A stretch of DNA of 64,000 nt, taken from Candidatus Dormiibacterota bacterium. Lineage in GTDB: Bacteria > Chloroflexota > Dormibacteria > Dormibacterales > Dormibacteraceae. The position numbers and the translations under genes were made by a program. Within the stretch, counting starts at the first letter, position 1. Every line of letters starts with the position of its first letter. The stretch spans positions 374 to 64,373 of the forward strand of contig DASYXY010000030.1 of the NCBI GenBank assembly GCA_035934385.1, written 5' to 3'. Positions 62,616 through 64,000 of this stretch are shown here, piece by piece. The notes below the pieces were generated by a model that was given only the letters and a program-made list of their open reading frames with translations, made no database searches and was not told where the DNA came from.

Positions 62616-63662
62616 ATGGAGCTGCGCCGATTCGTGCCGCTGGCTCCGCTGCCGGGCGCGGTGCTCACGGCGGTGATTTACGGGCTCGACCCCACGTACG
62701 AGAGCGGCGGCTACCCCGTGCATCAATGGTCGACCCTTGGAGTGATCGCGGGGTGGTGCCTTCTGCTGGCGGGCCTTACGGTCGTCGCTCCGAGCCTGGT
62801 GGGTCGATGGATGGCCGTCATCGCTGCGATCGCGTGGGTGGCCGGACCGTCCAACCCAGGTGCCGGCGAAATAGTGCTGTATGCCATCGGCTTCCTACTC
62901 AGCGCGCTGCTCCTCCTGGTGAGCTCCGCGACCTTTGTCGTGCTCCGCTACGGGGCGAGGGGCCGCATCGCGGCGGCGATCGCTCTAGGAGCGCTTGGGG
63001 TAGCCGCGCTGGTGAGCTTCGGCTTCCCGCAAAGCCCCTTCGTCGACAACCCGGCCGGGCAGGTCTGGGCCGCGCTTCTGCTGGCGCCGGCCTTCGTCGC
63101 GGGCGGTGCGCTATGGCTCTGGCTGGATCGACCGTCCACGGCGGCCCTAGCCCGCGCGGGCCAGCCCGCCTCGTTCGCCCGCCGATTTCTTGCGGGTTTT
63201 GTGAGCTGGGTCATCTTTGGGTTTGGGACGTCCACGCTCGCCGGTGCGGGCGCGCAGGCCGGCCCAGCGGTCGGCTCAGTGATGAGCGTGGCGTCCTATC
63301 CCGTGGGCGTCGTTCTGCTGCAGATCATGCCAACTGCGCTTTGGGGCAGGACGCTCGGCCAGCTCGCCGCTGGTCTTCGTGTCGTGAGGGTGGACACCGG
63401 CTTGGCGCCAGGATGGCTGCGCTCGATCGTGAGGTTCACGTTGTTCCAGTCCGTGCCGCTTGTGGGCTTCATCTATTTCATGGCATGGGGAGTCAGCGTC
63501 AGGCTCGGGATTGGAGCCGGGGTCCCTGGCCGGCTGCTATGGGACCGCGCGTCAGGCACTGCGGTCGTCAGGGTCCCCGCGACGACCCCTGCCGTACAGC
63601 CGATCCCACCGCCGGCGCTGCCGAAGCCGGACCCTGACGTCGTCTGGCCGTCATACGACTAG
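62616..63662 (+). CDS. polytopic membrane protein with C-terminal RDD domain
   Basis: ATG 62616. Multiple TM spans, then an RDD-type segment (ARRFLAGFVSWVIF...GRTLGQLAAGLRVV...LWDRASGTAVV). Confidence 0.65.
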   Translation: MELRRFVPLAPLPGAVLTAVIYGLDPTYESGGYPVHQWSTLGVIAGWCLLLAGLTVVAPSLVGRWMAVIAAIAWVAGPSNPGAGEIVLYAIGFLLSALLLLVSSATFVVLRYGARGRIAAAIALGALGVAALVSFGFPQSPFVDNPAGQVWAALLLAPAFVAGGALWLWLDRPSTAALARAGQPASFARRFLAGFVSWVIFGFGTSTLAGAGAQAGPAVGSVMSVASYPVGVVLLQIMPTALWGRTLGQLAAGLRVVRVDTGLAPGWLRSIVRFTLFQSVPLVGFIYFMAWGVSVRLGIGAGVPGRLLWDRASGTAVVRVPATTPAVQPIPPPALPKPDPDVVWPSYD

Positions 63663-63720
63663 GCACCTTCCGGAGCCGGATCGACATAATCAAGTTCGAT
63701 GGCTCGTATAGATGGGGGCG

Positions 63721-64000
63721 ATGGCAGGGTCCTTTGACGTAGTCGTGATCGGCGGCGGCCCGGGCGGATACGTCGCCGCGCTTCGGGCCGCGCAGCTCGG
63801 CGCGTCCACGGCGATCGTCGAGAAGGACCGGATGGGCGGCACGTGCCTGGTCCGAGGATGCATCCCGACCAAGGCGCTGCTCCAGTCGACCGAGCTCTAC
63901 TCGCTGGCCAAGGCGGGTGAGCCGTTCGGCCTCGTCGCCGACAACATCGGCTTCGACTGGCCCACCGCCCAGAAGCGCAAGACCCAGGTCGTCGATCAGC
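63721..64000 (+). CDS. lpdA: dihydrolipoyl dehydrogenase, N-terminal fragment (3' end outside window)
   Basis: [27 protein letters not shown]...[16 protein letters not shown] (redox-active disulfide). Confidence 0.85.
   Translation, partial: MAGSFDVVVIGGGPGGYVAALRAAQLGASTAIVEKDRMGGTCLVRGCIPTKALLQSTELYSLAKAGEPFGLVADNIGFDWPTAQKRKTQVVDQ

Overview
This is a high-GC (roughly two-thirds G+C), densely packed bacterial chromosomal window with about 70 protein genes, almost all of them core housekeeping. I saw no rRNA, tRNA, CRISPR array, transposase or prophage.

Conserved gene blocks, in order:
- thrS'-(lipoprotein)-infC-rpmI-rplT-trmH-like-pheS-pheT-cvpA-tyrS
- yebC-ruvC-ruvA-ruvB-DUF2905-secD-secF
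- rimP-nusA-ylxR-infB-rbfA-nrnA-truB-ribF
- a 5-kb insert (two flavoproteins, a lipid kinase, GGT)
- rpsO-pnp-dapB-asd-dapA-udg-rnj
- a minus-strand Zn-ribbon / Asp-box propeller / MoaD-like unit
- ftsK-(pgsA::cinA fusion)-recA-recX-rny-ymdB-spoVS-miaB-mutS-mutL-miaA-dapL-hflX
- a lexA/LysM SOS locus
- a minus-strand block: TetR, acyl-CoA dehydrogenase, split TauE, LOR/SDH-domain protein, AlkZ-like protein, pyrF
- nadE, an RDD membrane protein, lpdA'

The combination of rny/ymdB/spoVS, mutSL and Cheo-type LexA boxes suggests a high-GC non-actinobacterial monoderm-type lineage (Chloroflexota-like or similar). That is inference only.

Most notable observations:
1. A translationally coupled Asp-box beta-propeller plus free-GG MoaD/ThiS-like protein, preceded by a Zn-ribbon protein, with no E1 or known partner pathway in the window.
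2. Six genes whose conserved N-termini lie upstream of any ATG/GTG/TTG. Their only plausible starts are CTG or ATA codons overlapping the upstream stop (CTGA x3, ATAG x2, ATAA x1). infC additionally has an ATC start.
3. A small SOS regulon readable from the sequence: CGAAC-N4-GTTCG boxes locked between -35 and -10 of recA, of a LysM gene divergent from lexA, and of an uncharacterised leaderless 121-aa gene.
4. A PgsA-CinA(C-terminal) fusion protein.
5. A TauE/SafE exporter split exactly in half at a TTGA junction.
6. Two copies of an AT-rich palindrome 42 bp apart in a convergent intergenic region.

All calls come from reading motifs and frames by eye. No database search was run.
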